Origin: Eledone cirrhosa
Taxonomy: Eukaryota
Length of the DNA: 64,000 nucleotides
Direction of reading: 5' to 3'
Assembly (NCBI GenBank): GCA_964016885.1
Contig: OZ024742.1
Coordinates: forward strand, 84,196,001 to 84,260,000
Shown here: piece by piece, positions 41,048 to 57,861 of the stretch
Numbering within the stretch: the first letter of the stretch is position 1
Layout of the letters: every line of letters starts with the position of its first letter
The notes under the pieces: generated by a model
The model's database searches: none
What the model was told of the DNA's origin: nothing
The model's input: only the letters and a program-made list of their open reading frames with translations
Position numbers and translations under genes: made by a program

Positions 41048-41600
41048 CGAGGTCTGTCTGAAAAGTAACGGGATTGGCGTAACAAAAAATTTAGTTCAAT
41101 TCCAAATAACAAACTACATGCTTTCATTTTCAAAGTAATCAAATTTATGCATTTTTCACCCTTCTCTGTGACACCTCTATGCACTGGTGGAAGGATTCTT
41201 CTAGGATGCCACTCAGCTCTATCGTTATGGCCCCCTTGTTAGATTCTATGTCTTTAAAATGAGTCCCCTTGGTGACCCCCCCCCCCCATAAGATAAGGGA
41301 AAAGAAAAAAGTTACAGAAAGCAAGATTAAGTGAATAAGAAAGTTGTTCCAGTACGGCGATGTTCTCGGCCAGGAATGCCGAATGCTTAGGGGGTTGTGA
41401 GACGGCGATCTTCCGTATGTCCACATCTTTGGTGATAATCTTCCAAACATTGTTGAGGTTCATGCTCAGCTCACTTGCGATTAATCAAACAGTCAGCCGA
41501 CAATCTCTACGCACCACCTACCTTACACGCTCAACGTTGGTCTCAGTCCTGCTCGTCGAAGGCCTCCTGGCAGGTGATGGGCTTCGGGGTTATCTATAGG
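41048..41600 (-). mobile_element. Decayed mariner transposon fragment
   Basis: Mariner-like TIR cgaggtctgtctgaaaagtaac; SYSLNLAFCNFFLFP resembles YSPDLAPCDFFLFP; KGTHFKDIE..EESFHQC C-terminus. Confidence 0.8.
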
Positions 41601-41645
41601 GATGATTAAAAAGGTTGTGGGTTTGGAACAATAAAACGGTGGATG

Positions 41646-41709
<64 letters not shown>

Positions 41710-41712
<3 letters not shown>

Positions 41713-42085
41713 TATGTATACGTACATACATATATGTATACAGACGTACAGTAGTATGTATATATATACATACATGCACACATATATATATGTGTACGTA
41801 TGGATTCACGGAACATTTATTATAATGCTCGGTGTGTTTGAAAACAAACATCCCTAATTAAGCTTGCAACTAGTAGATCGTTCCTTTGTCAGTGTTGAAC
41901 AAAAGGGCAACGATGGTTGCTAAACACTGTACGGCTTAATTCGGGATGTTTGTTTACAAACACACCGAGCATTATAATAAATGTTCGGTGAAACCATACG
42001 TACATATATATATGTGTGCATGCATGTATATATATACATACTACTGTACGTCTGTATAGATATATGTATGTACGTATACATACTT
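41710..42085. repeat. Fold-back copy (~150-bp arms) of the HHR element at 57634-57878
   Basis: Spacer carries the 3' half of that HHR (aagctt gcaa ctag ta gatcg). Confidence 0.85.
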
Positions 42086-42142
42086 ATATTTAAGTAACAG
42101 CTGTAATAAGAGTGAGAAATGAAATTTCGTTTCATTTTTTCT

Positions 42143-42193
<51 letters not shown>

Positions 42194-42259
42194 CATTTAC
42201 ACATCTACATAAATATACATACATATATGCAAACACATCTACACAGAAATACATCTAAA

Positions 42260-42390
42260 TCCATGCCTACCGACAGGCATGCATACATATATGCGAGGGC
42301 GGTTGGGCGTATGGATACTGTGGTGATTGTGAGGGTGAGGATGGAGGGGTGTGGTGGTCGTGACGGTGGTGGTAATCGTCTTATTTTATA
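42260..42390 (+). repeat. Dispersed direct repeat, second copy ~46240-46412
   Basis: gggcgtatggatactg...ggggtgtggtggtcgtgacggtggtggtaat shared. Confidence 0.8.
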
Positions 42391-42570
42391 TGTTATATAT
42401 AAATAAATATATATACACCCAAATACAACTATACATAAACAAAAACATCCAATGAAATATATAAAAATATATAAAAAGTTATGAAAAATTATAAAATTTA
42501 TGACATTTAAAATCTATATATATACACATCCGCTACGCATTCAAGATAATTGTATGAGCATGTAAGCCTA

Positions 42571-42622
<52 letters not shown>

Positions 42623-42624
42623 CA

Positions 42625-42662
<38 letters not shown>

Positions 42663-42853
42663 GGTTTGAGGTTCACCACTCGATAGAGCTGGTCAATTCC
42701 GCATGGTCAATCTTAATGAAATAATATGGAGAGTACTCAACGTAAAGCAGTTCAACCGTCTTTGCTTTTGTAGTTGCTGGTGATAGTACGGAGTTAAATA
42801 TTATAATGAAATGACAGGAGGCTGGACTTGTGTAAATCCTTGAAAGGTTTATT

Positions 42854-42911
42854 ATACTATGATCATTTCAATGACCGGGTTCCGTATGAATCCGGTGATA
42901 TCATCAGGTAT
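42854..42911 (-). ncRNA. Type I hammerhead ribozyme
   Basis: Reverse complement of 44247-44304. Confidence 0.85.
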
Positions 42912-44246
42912 TCTAAATATAATAAATGAATGTAATAGATAATATCTATGGGGCTGAAAATCAAAGACCGGAGGACGACCGCCATCCACCATCTTCCACC
43001 TTTTTTTCTAAGGGACATGTATCTTAGCAGAGGTAAATATAGTGGGGGTCTGTATGTTATAATGTGTGAGCAGAAGATTGGAACGTTACATTTTTGTTTA
43101 GATTTATAGGATGAAGTTAAAAAATTAATATTTAATATTTTAATTAATATTTAATATTAACATTATAAAATTAAAGAAATTAGAAAATTGAAAGTTAAAC
43201 AGTTTAACATTTTTAAGGTTGCGAGGTTTAAGCAAAGAAAGATTTAAGTTTCTTCATAAAAGACTCTTTCTTTGCTTAAACCTCGCAAACTTAAAAATAT
43301 TAAACTGTTTAACTTTCAATTTTCTAATTTCTTTAATTTTATAATGTTAATATTAAATATTAATTAAAATATTAAATATTAATTTTTTAACTTCATCCTA
43401 TAAATCTAAACAAAAATGTAACGTTCCAATCTTCTGCTCACACATTATAACATTATAACCCCCACTATATTTACCTCTGCTAAGATACGTGTCCCTTAGG
43501 AAAAAAAATTTTTCACGCCATTTCTGGCCTGACTGTAGTCTGACATTAGTACCGACCTTTCTTCCTCTTTCTTTCTGTCTTCTTGTAGCTCGACATTAAC
43601 CCTGACTTTTCTTCTTCTTCCTTTTCTTCCTTCTTTCTGTCTTTCTTCTTGTGGCATGATATTAACTGTTTCTACTTTTGGCACAAGGCCAGCAAATACC
43701 CAGTGCATTACTGGTACTTTATTTTATCGACCCCGTAAGGATGAAAGGTAAAGTTAATCTCGGCGGGATTTTAACTCAGAATAGCAAGGACCGTAACTCT
43801 ATGCGTCAAAGCATGGCGTCCGACCCTAACGCTGACTTATCTTCCTTCCCCTTTTTGTTTGCCTATATTTGACCGGTAGTAGTTGTTAAGATACGAGTCC
43901 CTTAGAATAATTTTTTTTCGCGACATTCCTGGCCTGACTGTACTTTGACATTAGTACCGACCTTTTTTCCTCTTTCTTTCTGTCTTTCTTCTTGTAGCTG
44001 GACACTAACCCTGACTTTTCTTCTTCTTCCTTTTCTTCCTTCCCCCTTCTTTTTTCTTGTGGTATGACTTATCTCCCTCTCCCTTCTGTTTTCCTCTATT
44101 TGACCGGTAGTAGCACGCTATAAGCTTTAGCCACCTCACTCGAGGGCGACCGGCAAAGGTGGAAGATGCTGGATGGCGGTCGTCCTCCGGTCTTTGATTT
44201 TCAGCCCCATAGATATTATCTATTACATTCATTTATTATATTTAGA

Positions 44247-44304
44247 ATACCTGATGATATCACCGGATTCATACGGAACCCGGTCATTGAAATGATCATA
44301 GTAT
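44247..44304 (+). ncRNA. Type I hammerhead ribozyme
   Basis: atac CTGATGA tatcACCGG..CCGGTcatt GAAA tgatca TA gtat; palindromic stem III AUGAUCAU. Confidence 0.85.
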
Positions 44305-44354
44305 AATAAACCTTTCAAGGATTTACACAAGTCCAGCCTCCTGTCATTTCATTA

Positions 44355-45481
<1,127 letters not shown>

Positions 45482-45632
45482 ATACTTTGGGAGGGTCATG
45501 TTGCCAATAAGAAACACACGCACCAGTTGCTTTCACTTCAATTTAATTTAATATATATTTATAAATTTACAAATTTATAAATTTCTGGTTGGTTGGTTGG
45601 TTCCACAACCAGATAGTTGTTTATATATATAT

Positions 45633-45677
45633 AGTCATAGTTCTTTCGTCACATACTCTGTGACCTCTTCAGTGACT
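45633..45677 (-). ncRNA. Type I hammerhead ribozyme (left arm)
   Basis: Reverse complement of 45783-45827 with one loop change. Confidence 0.8.
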
Positions 45678-45782
45678 GGGGATTTCTTTCTTCGTTTCTG
45701 TGCCTTTCCTTTCTTCTATCCTACGCCATTTTGGCGTAGGATAGAAGAAAGGAAAGGCACAGAAACGAAGAAAGAAATCCCC

Positions 45783-45827
45783 AGTCACTGAAGAGGTCAC
45801 AGAGTGTGTGACGAAAGAACTATGACT
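45783..45827 (+). ncRNA. Type I hammerhead ribozyme (right arm)
   Basis: agtca CTGAAGA g GTCACA gagtg TGTGAC GAAA gaac TA tgact; minimal stem III. Confidence 0.8.
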
Positions 45828-46028
45828 ATATAATTTATAAATTTGTAAATTTATAAATATATATTAAATTAAATTGAAGTGAAAGCAACTGGTGCGTGTG
45901 TTTCTTATTGGCAACATGACCCTCCCAAAGTATAACAATATCGGTTTCAACACACGATTTCAGATAAAGAATCTTGCTAAACAAATTCAGAAACGAAATA
46001 TATATATATATATATGTATAAACATACA

Positions 46029-46072
<44 letters not shown>

Positions 46073-46085
46073 CATACATACACGC

Positions 46086-46116
<31 letters not shown>

Positions 46117-47139
46117 CACATACATACGTGCATACACATACACATACACACATAAAAACATACATATGAACCCCCGTACGCACATATAAACATGCATGCA
46201 TAAATACACATAAGATACGCGGAAATATGTAAATACATACATGCCTACCCACAGGCATGCAAACATATATACAGATATGTATGTGAATATGCAAGTTCCA
46301 ATTCATATATATATGCGATGTGGGGGGGGGGGCGTATGGATACTGCGATGATTTTGAGGGTGAGGGTGGTGGGGTGTGGTGGTCGTGACGGTGGTGGTAA
46401 TGGAGTTATTTTATTTATTCTATTTTTTTTCTATTTTCTATATTTTTTATAATTTTTAATTTCTTTTCTCACGTTTATCAATTTGTCATTTTGTCGTTAC
46501 TGTCATCTTCCTAATTTCATTTTTTTTTTTTTTTTTCTAACTTCTTTCATTCCTCAGACTTTATATCTTATATGCGCTTAAAACCCGCACCACCCCACCA
46601 CAACAACTATCATCATCATATATAATTCCATAATATGTATAACCTCTATCGCAGTTATATCTACATAAGTGATAATAATATATCTTATATTTCATTTATG
46701 TACTTAACATCAATACCACCCGCCCTCACCCACTTATTCAGCCATCATTGCTCCTACAATTATATGTTCCCATAATCTTCACCGTACACAATTCTTTAAC
46801 TCTAAACTACATTGATTCATACTCTTCAGTCTACACGGGATCAAAGTATGACATATACATACATAAGACCAGGAATTAGCTTGAACGTAAACAAATCTGC
46901 ACAAATTCTTTCGATACACGATCTCAAAGAAATGCAATTCACAAATCTGCGTGCGCCCCCACCTCCACCAGACCCATGTATACGTACATACACAGAAAAA
47001 GACACACACACACACAGACACACACACACACACACACACACACAGGCACACACACACATATATATATATATAATACAGTTATATTTCTATAAATATAGAG
47101 AGTATAACGGAAACTGCACCAACGTGTATAAATATAACT

Positions 47140-47432
47140 AAAGTCTAAAGTCTGTCTTAAGCAAGAAGGCTTGCAAGCTGGTGCTTATGCCAGTTTCGAA
47201 GAGTGAAGTGACTGAGAGAACATGACTCCCCCCTGGACAGGACGCCAGTCCATCACATGTTTAAATCCCCAGCTATTGTTGGTATTCATTTTCAGCTGAG
47301 TGTACTGGAGCAACGTGAAATGAATTGTTTTGCTCAAGAACACAACACGTAACTCAGCCAACCCATCCTAGGAATCAAACCCACGGCATTATGATCGTAA
47401 GTCCAACACCTTAACCACTAGGCCACGCGCCT
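47140..47432 (-). mobile_element. tRNA-derived SINE, second family
   Basis: Minus head aggcgcgTGGCCTAGTGGttaag..GGTTTGATTCC; body with ctggacaggacgccagtccatc. Confidence 0.8.
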
Positions 47433-47455
47433 TCACTGTATAAATATATATGCAT

Positions 47456-47620
47456 ATAATTGTTTCTACATTTGGCACAAGGCCAGCAATTACCCAGTGC
47501 ATTATTGGTACTTTATTTTATCGACCCCGTAAGGATGAAAGGCAAAGTTAACCTCGGCGGGATTTGAACTCAGTTCATAAAGGGACGTAACTCTATGCTT
47601 CAAAGCATGGTGTCCGACAC
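47456..47620 (-). mobile_element. SINE (main family)
   Basis: Family match. Confidence 0.85.
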
Positions 47621-47694
47621 ATAATGTGTTTATTTGCAGGAATGTAAACCTGCCAGAAAACACGAATTTCCCTGTAAATTGAAAAAAATGGTAA

Positions 47695-47743
47695 AAATCT
47701 TGAATCGATTTTCGTATCGTATTAGACCCTCATCAGAAGATTT
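47695..47743 (-). ncRNA. Type I hammerhead ribozyme
   Basis: Minus: AAAUCUU-CUGAUGA-GGGUC uaauac GAUAC-GAAA-AUCGAU-UC/AAGAUUU; 7-bp stem I, palindromic stem III. Confidence 0.82.
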
Positions 47744-47760
47744 GTATATCATCTAATCAA

Positions 47761-47862
<102 letters not shown>

Positions 47863-47905
47863 ATATATATATATGTATGTATGTATATATATATATATAT
47901 GTATG

Positions 47906-47975
<70 letters not shown>

Positions 47976-47976
<1 letters not shown>

Positions 47977-48524
47977 GGTCGGGTCGTTGGCGACTAAACT
48001 GGCAACCCCACCAAGGTTTCTTGGTGAGGAGGGTGACTTTGGACATCCTGCAGGACTAAAAACAAAACCTGTCAAAGGGCAAAGGAGCTCTTAAGAGTCA
48101 ATGGCCATCCAAAATCACAGGGAGAGATGACCCCTTAGCCTTTGTCAAGGCAGAATTCTAGGAGAAGGAAAACTCTGATATAACACCTGCAACCCTGATG
48201 GTATCCAATGATGTTGAATTGTTCTTCTTTTTGGTAAATATCATCTTGGTTAAGAGAGTGGGACTGGCTTTGTGCAGTGCCTTTGCTCACTATAAAAGCT
48301 TCACGGCACAGGCATTGCTTTATATCTGGAGATCTCTCTGCACTTGTCGTGACATGGTACCATGGGCCCAGCACTATGTGCAATAATTGTCACAAGTGTA
48401 GTGTTTGTACCAGAGTTTTCAAGTCGCTGGCTGGACTAAAAAGCCACACTCGTTCAGCGCATTGGTAGTTCTCCTACATGGATATAAAGTAGTGGCCGTA
48501 CTCGAAAACGAGTTGGCAGCCACC
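47976..48524 (+). mobile_element. Short bipartite RTE-derived non-autonomous element inserted in (TA)n
   Basis: RTE-like 5' region joined to C-terminal zinc finger [22 protein letters not shown] and a short 3' UTR. Confidence 0.6.
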
Positions 48525-48796
<272 letters not shown>

Positions 48797-48833
48797 GTAT
48801 ATATATATATGTATATATATATATATGTATATA

Positions 48834-48902
<69 letters not shown>

Positions 48903-49545
48903 CTAATAATCCCTGTTTTATATGCACTATGTCTCTTCTATCTCATATTTCATGTCACGTAATTATCAATGGTAGAATTGTACCGTTTGCGTTTGATATC
49001 TCTATGTTTTGGTTTCTTTATCCAATTTCCCGGCGCAGAACTACTCACTTCCTTATGTTGTTCAATAATGGTTAATAATATCAAAACATGAAATAGTACG
49101 GATATTATATCTGAAGATGAAAAGTCGTAAATTAAGTTGCCCGTAAAGAGAAGTGGCCCTAATCAATAGTTAAACGTACAACTCAATATACAGCGCAGTT
49201 AAATATCGCCATCTCCTTTTGTATGCTCAGTATTTAAGGCAGTTGTGCATAACTGCATATTGGCTAAAATATGTTTAATATCTGACAGAAGCCAATGGTT
49301 CAAGCGAAGTAACCTGTTTTGAGTAGAGATGAATGGCTCAGTTCAATGATTTACCATTGATTTTCATACAGGAATCTAATAAATTTAATCAGATAAGGAT
49401 AAAAGAACAAAATAAAGCGAGGCGTATATATTATATTTGTATTTCTTTACTATTTGGTGTTTTCTTGCTCTCCTATCTTTTACACTATATCTTCCTCTGT
49501 TTTTCTCTTTATGTTTAGCTCTCGTAATATATCCCCCTACCTTTC

Positions 49546-49630
<85 letters not shown>

Positions 49631-49660
49631 ATATATATATATATAAATATATATATATAC

Positions 49661-49711
<51 letters not shown>

Positions 49712-49856
49712 CATATATATATATATATATGTACACATGCATATATATATGTACACATGCATATATATGTATATATATATATACATGTAAATATAAATTT
49801 AGCGAGAATCGCATTTCGGCGGGTAGGAAAAGCGAAACGTAACGCAAATTCAGAGT

Positions 49857-49922
<66 letters not shown>

Positions 49923-49923
49923 C

Positions 49924-50036
<113 letters not shown>

Positions 50037-50056
50037 CATACATACATATATATATA

Positions 50057-50149
<93 letters not shown>

Positions 50150-50182
50150 GATTATATAAATCTATATATATATCTATACATG

Positions 50183-50227
<45 letters not shown>

Positions 50228-50230
50228 ATG

Positions 50231-50329
<99 letters not shown>

Positions 50330-50418
50330 TTAAATAAATCTATATATATATCTATACACGCATACATATATATATATATATATACTTAAATAAATCTATA
50401 TCTATATATCTATACATG

Positions 50419-50474
<56 letters not shown>

Positions 50475-50489
50475 CATTATGTATGTATG

Positions 50490-50538
<49 letters not shown>

Positions 50539-50879
50539 GATCCGTTTCTGTTTCTCAAGACTGTTGTTTTATATTTGCCTAATTCTCTTTCCATTTCTTT
50601 CATCCGCCCATCACCTCACTATTTTAAACATCACACCTTCGCTTTCGCTTTTTCACCATCTTTCAGTGTGCCTCCCTCATCATCTAACTGTATTTCTCAC
50701 AGGTAATTTCAGTTTCATCTACATATTTGTTTCTGACTTTCACTCTCCCCTCCTTCTCTTTCTCTTTCTCCACTCCTTTTTTATTACCTTGCATTTCTCT
50801 CTGTTGTCTTTTCTCTCTTAATTGCACTTCTTCGTTTTGTCACTTTGTCGTTCTTGCTCTCCCTCTTTATATCATTTTG

Positions 50880-50949
<70 letters not shown>

Positions 50950-51259
50950 ATTCTCTCTCTCTTTCTACCTACCTATCGCCGTTTCTCTCTTTATTTCCAC
51001 ACACACTATCATTCCTCTCTTTTTGTGCTTTCCTTTCAATTCTCGGTCTTATTATTCCAGTCTATTCAATCAAACTCATAACAATCTCGAGCCGTTTCAT
51101 TATATGTGGTTATTTCATTTCAGTTTTTAAAATAAAGGACTTTATTAGAAAAATAGCTCCATTATTGGCGTTAGCAACTCAAAGAATTAGTATTTCTTTC
51201 AGATGTTATATATTATTTTATTAGAAATTTAAATAAGATTCATTTACAGAATGTATATG

Positions 51260-51422
<163 letters not shown>

Positions 51423-51448
51423 GTATATATATAAATGTATATATATAA

Positions 51449-51557
<109 letters not shown>

Positions 51558-51558
51558 A

Positions 51559-51625
<67 letters not shown>

Positions 51626-51678
51626 AATGTATATATATATATATATATATAAATGTATATATATATATATATATATAA

Positions 51679-51731
<53 letters not shown>

Positions 51732-52027
51732 TATAAATGTATATATATATATATATATACATATATATAAATGTATATATATATATATATATACATATAT
51801 ATAAATGTATATATATATATATATATATACATACACATATATAAATGTATATATATATATATATATACATACACACATATATAAATGTATATATATATAC
51901 ATATATATAAATGTATATATATATATATATATACATATATGTGCATATATATATATATACATATATGCGCATATATATATATATATATATACATTCATAT
52001 ATATATATATGTATGTATATACACATA

Positions 52028-52127
<100 letters not shown>

Positions 52128-52875
52128 CATACATATATTCATATGTACATATATACATACACACACCCACACACACACACCCACACTCACATATTGATTC
52201 GTTCGAAGCCATAACATAACTTTATCGCTACTTCAGGTTCGTTGCACATTGGTCGATCTCTTAAAGAACACATTTCAACTACAAACGCTATAAAAGCTCA
52301 CATGCTGAAACTAGCTACTATTGAAACACCCTTGGCTCTCAACTTAATTATAATAGTAATTTTCGTTACACTGCTACATAAAACTGGCCAATGGCAATAT
52401 ATAACACATTCTGAGCCTGTGCCGATTAAGAATTCAAATTTCGTACTTAATCCGATACATTGAGAGTATATGTAGTGCACAGTAAGTAGACATTTAGGTG
52501 GGAATTAGAAGGAGAGTATAAGCGGTGGAGAGTATAATAGTCATTAGACAGTTTGATATAATACATGGCAGTCCTCTGTGTTCAAATCTCACTGAAACCT
52601 TTTATATTTTTCATCCTTTCGGATAGATAAAATAAGTACCAGTCAAATAATAAGGTAAATACTTTCTCTATATCAGTTTCTAAATTTCTCTCAATCGTTC
52701 TCTCTTCTTCTCTATAAGAAATCAGCTTCATTCAGTCATAGAAACTGGATGGGTTCCGCCGGGTTTGTATTGCCCAGGAAGCGACAAACGACTCCAGAAA
52801 GAATTATCTGCATATACATACATAATCATTATTACAAATACCAAATAAATTTCTTTCTCGTTTGTATATCCAAAG

Positions 52876-52994
<119 letters not shown>

Positions 52995-53353
52995 ATATAT
53001 ATATATATCACTACTTCCCAACTTTCTGTTTTCTCACATGTGTGAACCGAATAGTTTACTTTTGAAATTTTTCGTTCTGTTATATAAGTACATAAAGAGA
53101 CCTTTAATTAACTTGGCACTGGCCCAAATTAAAAGTTCATGTTTAATAAATACTTTTTTAATGCCCGTCATAATAGGCCTGTCAGTCAAATAACAGACCA
53201 CACAGAAGCCATCGAGAAAGACTGAGCTAACTAATCGATCATTTTTTGGATTCGTTAAAAACATCATTATGCTTCGTTTAATCACCTCTATATATTTAGA
53301 AAAAGTAGCGATCCCTATTATATATATATATATATACACATATACATATATAT

Positions 53354-55125
53354 ACTCTTTTACTCTTTTACCTGTTTCAGCCATCCGGCTGAGGCCATGC
53401 TGGGGCACCACTCTTGTTGCTACACATTTTATCTCCAGCCTGTATAGGTTGGCCCTGGTGTAAGAGCGAGTTTGTTGCTGCTGCCCTTAGGTTTCCCTCG
53501 TGCCTTGCTGTGGGCTCATCCGCGATCCTGGATAGCAAGGTGTCGAGATGTTTCTTGAAGACATCCACCTCCACGTCATGCAAATCTCTCAGATCCCGCG
53601 GCAGCCTGTTGAAGAGTTGAGGGCCCTTGAATCCCAGGCTATTGCAATACCTGCTCCTTATTCTAGATGTGGAAGACGGGACCTTTGGCACCGCACATTG
53701 ACGTCCTGTTCGACGGTTGGTCCAGCGCCCAATGCCAAAGTTTGGTGCTAGTCCCTCCAGGATTTTCCACATGTAGATCACTGCGCATCTCTCCCGTCTA
53801 CGTTCTAAGGAGTAGAGGTTCAGTTCCTTTAGCCTCTCCCAGTAGCTTGTTTCCTTCATCGTGGCAATCCTCTTCGCTGGATTGCCTCAAGCTCCGCGGT
53901 TAGTTTGACACTATGGGGTGACCACAACTGGGAACAGTAGTCCAGGCGGCTTAGGACAAATGTCCTCCATAGTGTCAACATGGTGTCACGGTCTCTTGTC
54001 CGGAAAGTCCTCAAGAGTCGTCTGCACATTGTCGCCACTTTCATGATGTGTGAGGAAAAAGATGCATCATCGCTCATGTCATGCCCAGGTCTCGTATCGA
54101 GTTTGACACGGGGATATCGGTCTCTCCTGATCCTGTGTAGTTGTGTTGTACTATATTTGTGTTTGCAGGTTTGTTTGGAGGTTGGTATTGTAGGGCTTGG
54201 AATTTACCAGCATTAAACTGCATGTTGTTTTCTTCCGCCCATTTGTATAAGGCTTCCAGATCTTGTTGTAAAAGGGCAGCGTCAGCCGGGTTTTTGATTT
54301 CCTGTGCTACCTTAGTGTCATCAGCATAGCTAGTGAAGGATGTTGTTGTATGTACTACAGAGGGCATGTCTGAGAGAGCCATCAAAAACAGTAGTGGTCC
54401 CAGGACTGTCCGCTGGGGCACCCCACTTGTTATTGGTGTTTCCTTTGAGAGGGCCCCGTTTGCTGCGACTCTCTGGCTTCTGTCCTTTAGGAAGTCATGC
54501 AGCCACTCACCTACTTTTCCAGTTATGCCGAGTCCGTGTAGTTTGTGACATATCATTCCGTGGTCGACCTTGTCAAAGGCCTTCGCAAAGTCAAGATATA
54601 TCACGTCCACATGTGAGCTGTCTAGTAGTTGTTTCAGTACCCAGTCGTAGTGATGTAGCAGCTGTGTTAGACAGCTTCTTCCTGGGCGGAAGCTATGTTG
54701 CGTGCTAGTCAGGCGGTTATTTTCCCCGAGGAAAGTGATCAGTTTCTTTCTGACGACTCGCTCCATGACCTTACTGATATGCGACGTCAGGGAGACTGGC
54801 CTATAGTTTTTGATCTCCGCTCTGATACCTTCTTTATGGATAGGGCATATTGTGCCTTCGTTCAGCTCCCTGTGTAGTACAAGCTAGACAAGGAGCTTCT
54901 GAAGAGCATCTTCAGTGGAGTTGCTAAGGCCCGCTTACATGTTTTTAAGAGAACTGCTGGGAATACATCAGGTCCAGCAGCTGAGTCTGTTCTAATTTCA
55001 TCTATGGCGCACACCACGTCCTCCTCCGTTATGTCTATGTGGTTGATGGTCGCCATTTCTTCATGTAGTGTTGTGGCATCAAAGAACTCCTCTGGCTTCG
55101 GTATTTGCATGTGCCTCAGTGGACA
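53354..55125 (-). mobile_element. 5'-truncated CR1/L2-group LINE, frameshifted RT
   Basis: AAGPDVFP, VDVIYLDFAKAFDKVDH, SGVPQRTVLGPLLF, YADD, LDYCSQLWSP, YWERLKELNLYSLERRR; (TAAAAGAG)2 tail. Confidence 0.93.
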
Positions 55126-55618
55126 TGTGAACACACACACATATATATATATATATGATTCAGTGATTTACTGTGGTGCTAGATGAGCACTCGATGCAGA
55201 GTCAGGGTGTATGTATTAGGAAAAAACATTTAAAATTGTGTATCGACATATTGAGTTTTGATTCAATATCACCCATAGAAGTTACGAACCCGACACCATT
55301 ACCGATCTGCCCTTCAGACTGGCGATTCAACAAACATACGATCTATATTGTTTCATCATTGGAAAGTAATCGGATTATGAAGATGCATTTAAAGAAAGTT
55401 AAACATTTTTCCATGTGATATAATCACTGACCATTCTTCCAGAGTGAACGTAAAATGATATTTATATCACACGTTCGTAACTATTTAATTGACTAGGTTC
55501 AGTTAGTAGAAAACATGAAGCCCAGTAATTTAGAAATATATATACATTTTTAACATATACACCCTCTAATGTTTGAGAATGGTACAGAGTCGAATATATC
55601 AACCCCAGTACCAGTTTT

Positions 55619-55670
<52 letters not shown>

Positions 55671-55755
55671 TATATATATATATATGAATATGTTTGTGTG
55701 TGTGTGTATGTAGATAGATAAAGATAAAAACGTGTGTAGGTAGCCAGGCATAGAC

Positions 55756-55806
<51 letters not shown>

Positions 55807-55969
55807 GTAGGGAGGGAGAGAGTGAGAGAGAAATAAGAAGGAGGGTGAGAGAAATTTTTTGCGTATATGGGAGTCAATAAACTGAATTTTAATATAGCTC
55901 TTTGCAGCTACTGGTTTTAATGGTTACATCATTTTTGATTTCATATTTATACGTTATTTCCACTAAATA

Positions 55970-56084
<115 letters not shown>

Positions 56085-56142
56085 ATGTATATATATATTT
56101 ATATATATATATAAATATATACATATATATATATATATAATA

Positions 56143-56179
<37 letters not shown>

Positions 56180-56202
56180 TATACATATATATATATATAA
56201 TA

Positions 56203-56271
<69 letters not shown>

Positions 56272-56302
56272 TATATAGATACATATATGTATGTATATGT
56301 GC

Positions 56303-56395
<93 letters not shown>

Positions 56396-57334
56396 CACAC
56401 ACACATACATGAACGTCAATAAACAGATTTAATATAGCTGCTTGCAATTACTAGTTTTAATGGATACATAATTTTTGATTTCTTATTTATTCGTTATTTC
56501 AACTATTTATGAGTTAAGCTATAAATTCTATCTTAATAGGATAATGCATTGTGGAGAACAACAGATTTTAATGTGAAAGAGGTTCCTGAAAATTATACAA
56601 CCACGCCTTTCTTTCTCTACATAGCAAGTATTGTCTCCATGGAAAATATCTTTCTCAGATCTTCATACGATAATCTAGATGTGAACACACATAAAAAGTC
56701 ACACACCTACGCATACATACTGACACTGACATATAGACACTATATCAAACACAAACCCTTAGGCATGTATTTTTCAATATGCGTATATACATATATGTGT
56801 GTGTGCGTGAGTGTGCGCGTGTGTACGTGCGCTTTTCTACATGCTTATATACGGATATGTTTATATATGAATATGTTTATATATGGATATGTTTATATAT
56901 ACAGACACAAATACCCATACGTACACTCGTAAATATAATATAATTTTTTAATTATATATGCGATGAACCCTGATTACCCATCCAAGCATCGGTTTCCTTC
57001 GATTCGTCCTCCTGCCTAACATATAAACCATGAAAATTATGAAGTTAAGTAACGCATGAGGGTAAGTTCGTCAGTGGTCGTCTCTCCAGCATCGAGGTTG
57101 TGGGTTGTTCACTTTCAAATACTCTAGAGTCTAGAAAAACAATAACCGACAGTCTAAATATTTCATATTACTTCCTGGGTTTAGTTGTTTCTCTGTATGA
57201 TACACATTATCACATTAATATATCAATATCGAATGTAACTCAGTAATCTGCATCAATTTTGTATATTTGCACTATAAAGTATCCTCCCACACACATGCAT
57301 ATATATATATAAATGTATATATATATATGTATAT

Positions 57335-57562
57335 ATATTTATTAAAATAACAGATTAATGTTTAAGCAAAGAATCGCTGCTTTCACCCTTAACAGAAGAT
57401 CCCGTTAAGGGTAAAAGCAGCGATTCTTTGCTTAAACTTTAATCTGTTATTTTAATAAATATTTGCTCTACGGTTCTTATATATTTGATATATATTTATC
57501 CATATATATTTATCCTTATCGAGCCCTCTTTGGATTTTAGTCCTCAAATTTATTATTATTAC
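57335..57562. repeat. Fold-back (59-bp arms, 57335-57462) at the HHR-like core of the 3794 family
   Basis: Loop agaagatccc is the HHR-like core/stem II. Confidence 0.85.
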
Positions 57563-57595
57563 TATATGTATATATACATATATGTGTATATATAC

Positions 57596-57636
<41 letters not shown>

Positions 57637-57820
57637 TATGTATACGTACATACATATATATACAGACGTACAGTAGTATGTATATATATACATACATGCA
57701 CACATATATATATGTACGTATGCATTTCTTATAATGCTCGGTGTGTGTGTGTAATCCCGAATTAAGCTGTACAGTATTTAGCAACCATGGTTGTCCTTTT
57801 GTTCAACACTGACAAAGGAA

Positions 57821-57861
57821 CGATGTACTAGTTTCAAGCTTATTAGCTATCGTCAGCATTG
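57821..57861 (-). ncRNA. Type I hammerhead ribozyme
   Basis: Minus: CAAUG-CUGACGA-uAGCU aaua AGCUu-GAAA-CUAG-UA/CAUCG; stem I continues AAAGG/CCUUU after a UAUA/UU internal loop. Confidence 0.85.

Noticed and set aside
47370-47432. tRNA gene
   Set aside because: A/B boxes belong to a SINE head; no complete cloverleaf
47976-48060. HDV-like ribozyme at the RTE-like 5' end
   Set aside because: Could not build the nested double pseudoknot by eye
49105-49136. CTGAAGATGAAA minimal HHR candidate
   Set aside because: No convincing stem I or stem III
52242-52463. HIGRSLKEH resembling a GIY-YIG fragment
   Set aside because: Too short, with no other motifs
56975-57082. CUGACGA...GAAA on minus
   Set aside because: Long unpaired gap and no valid NUH triplet
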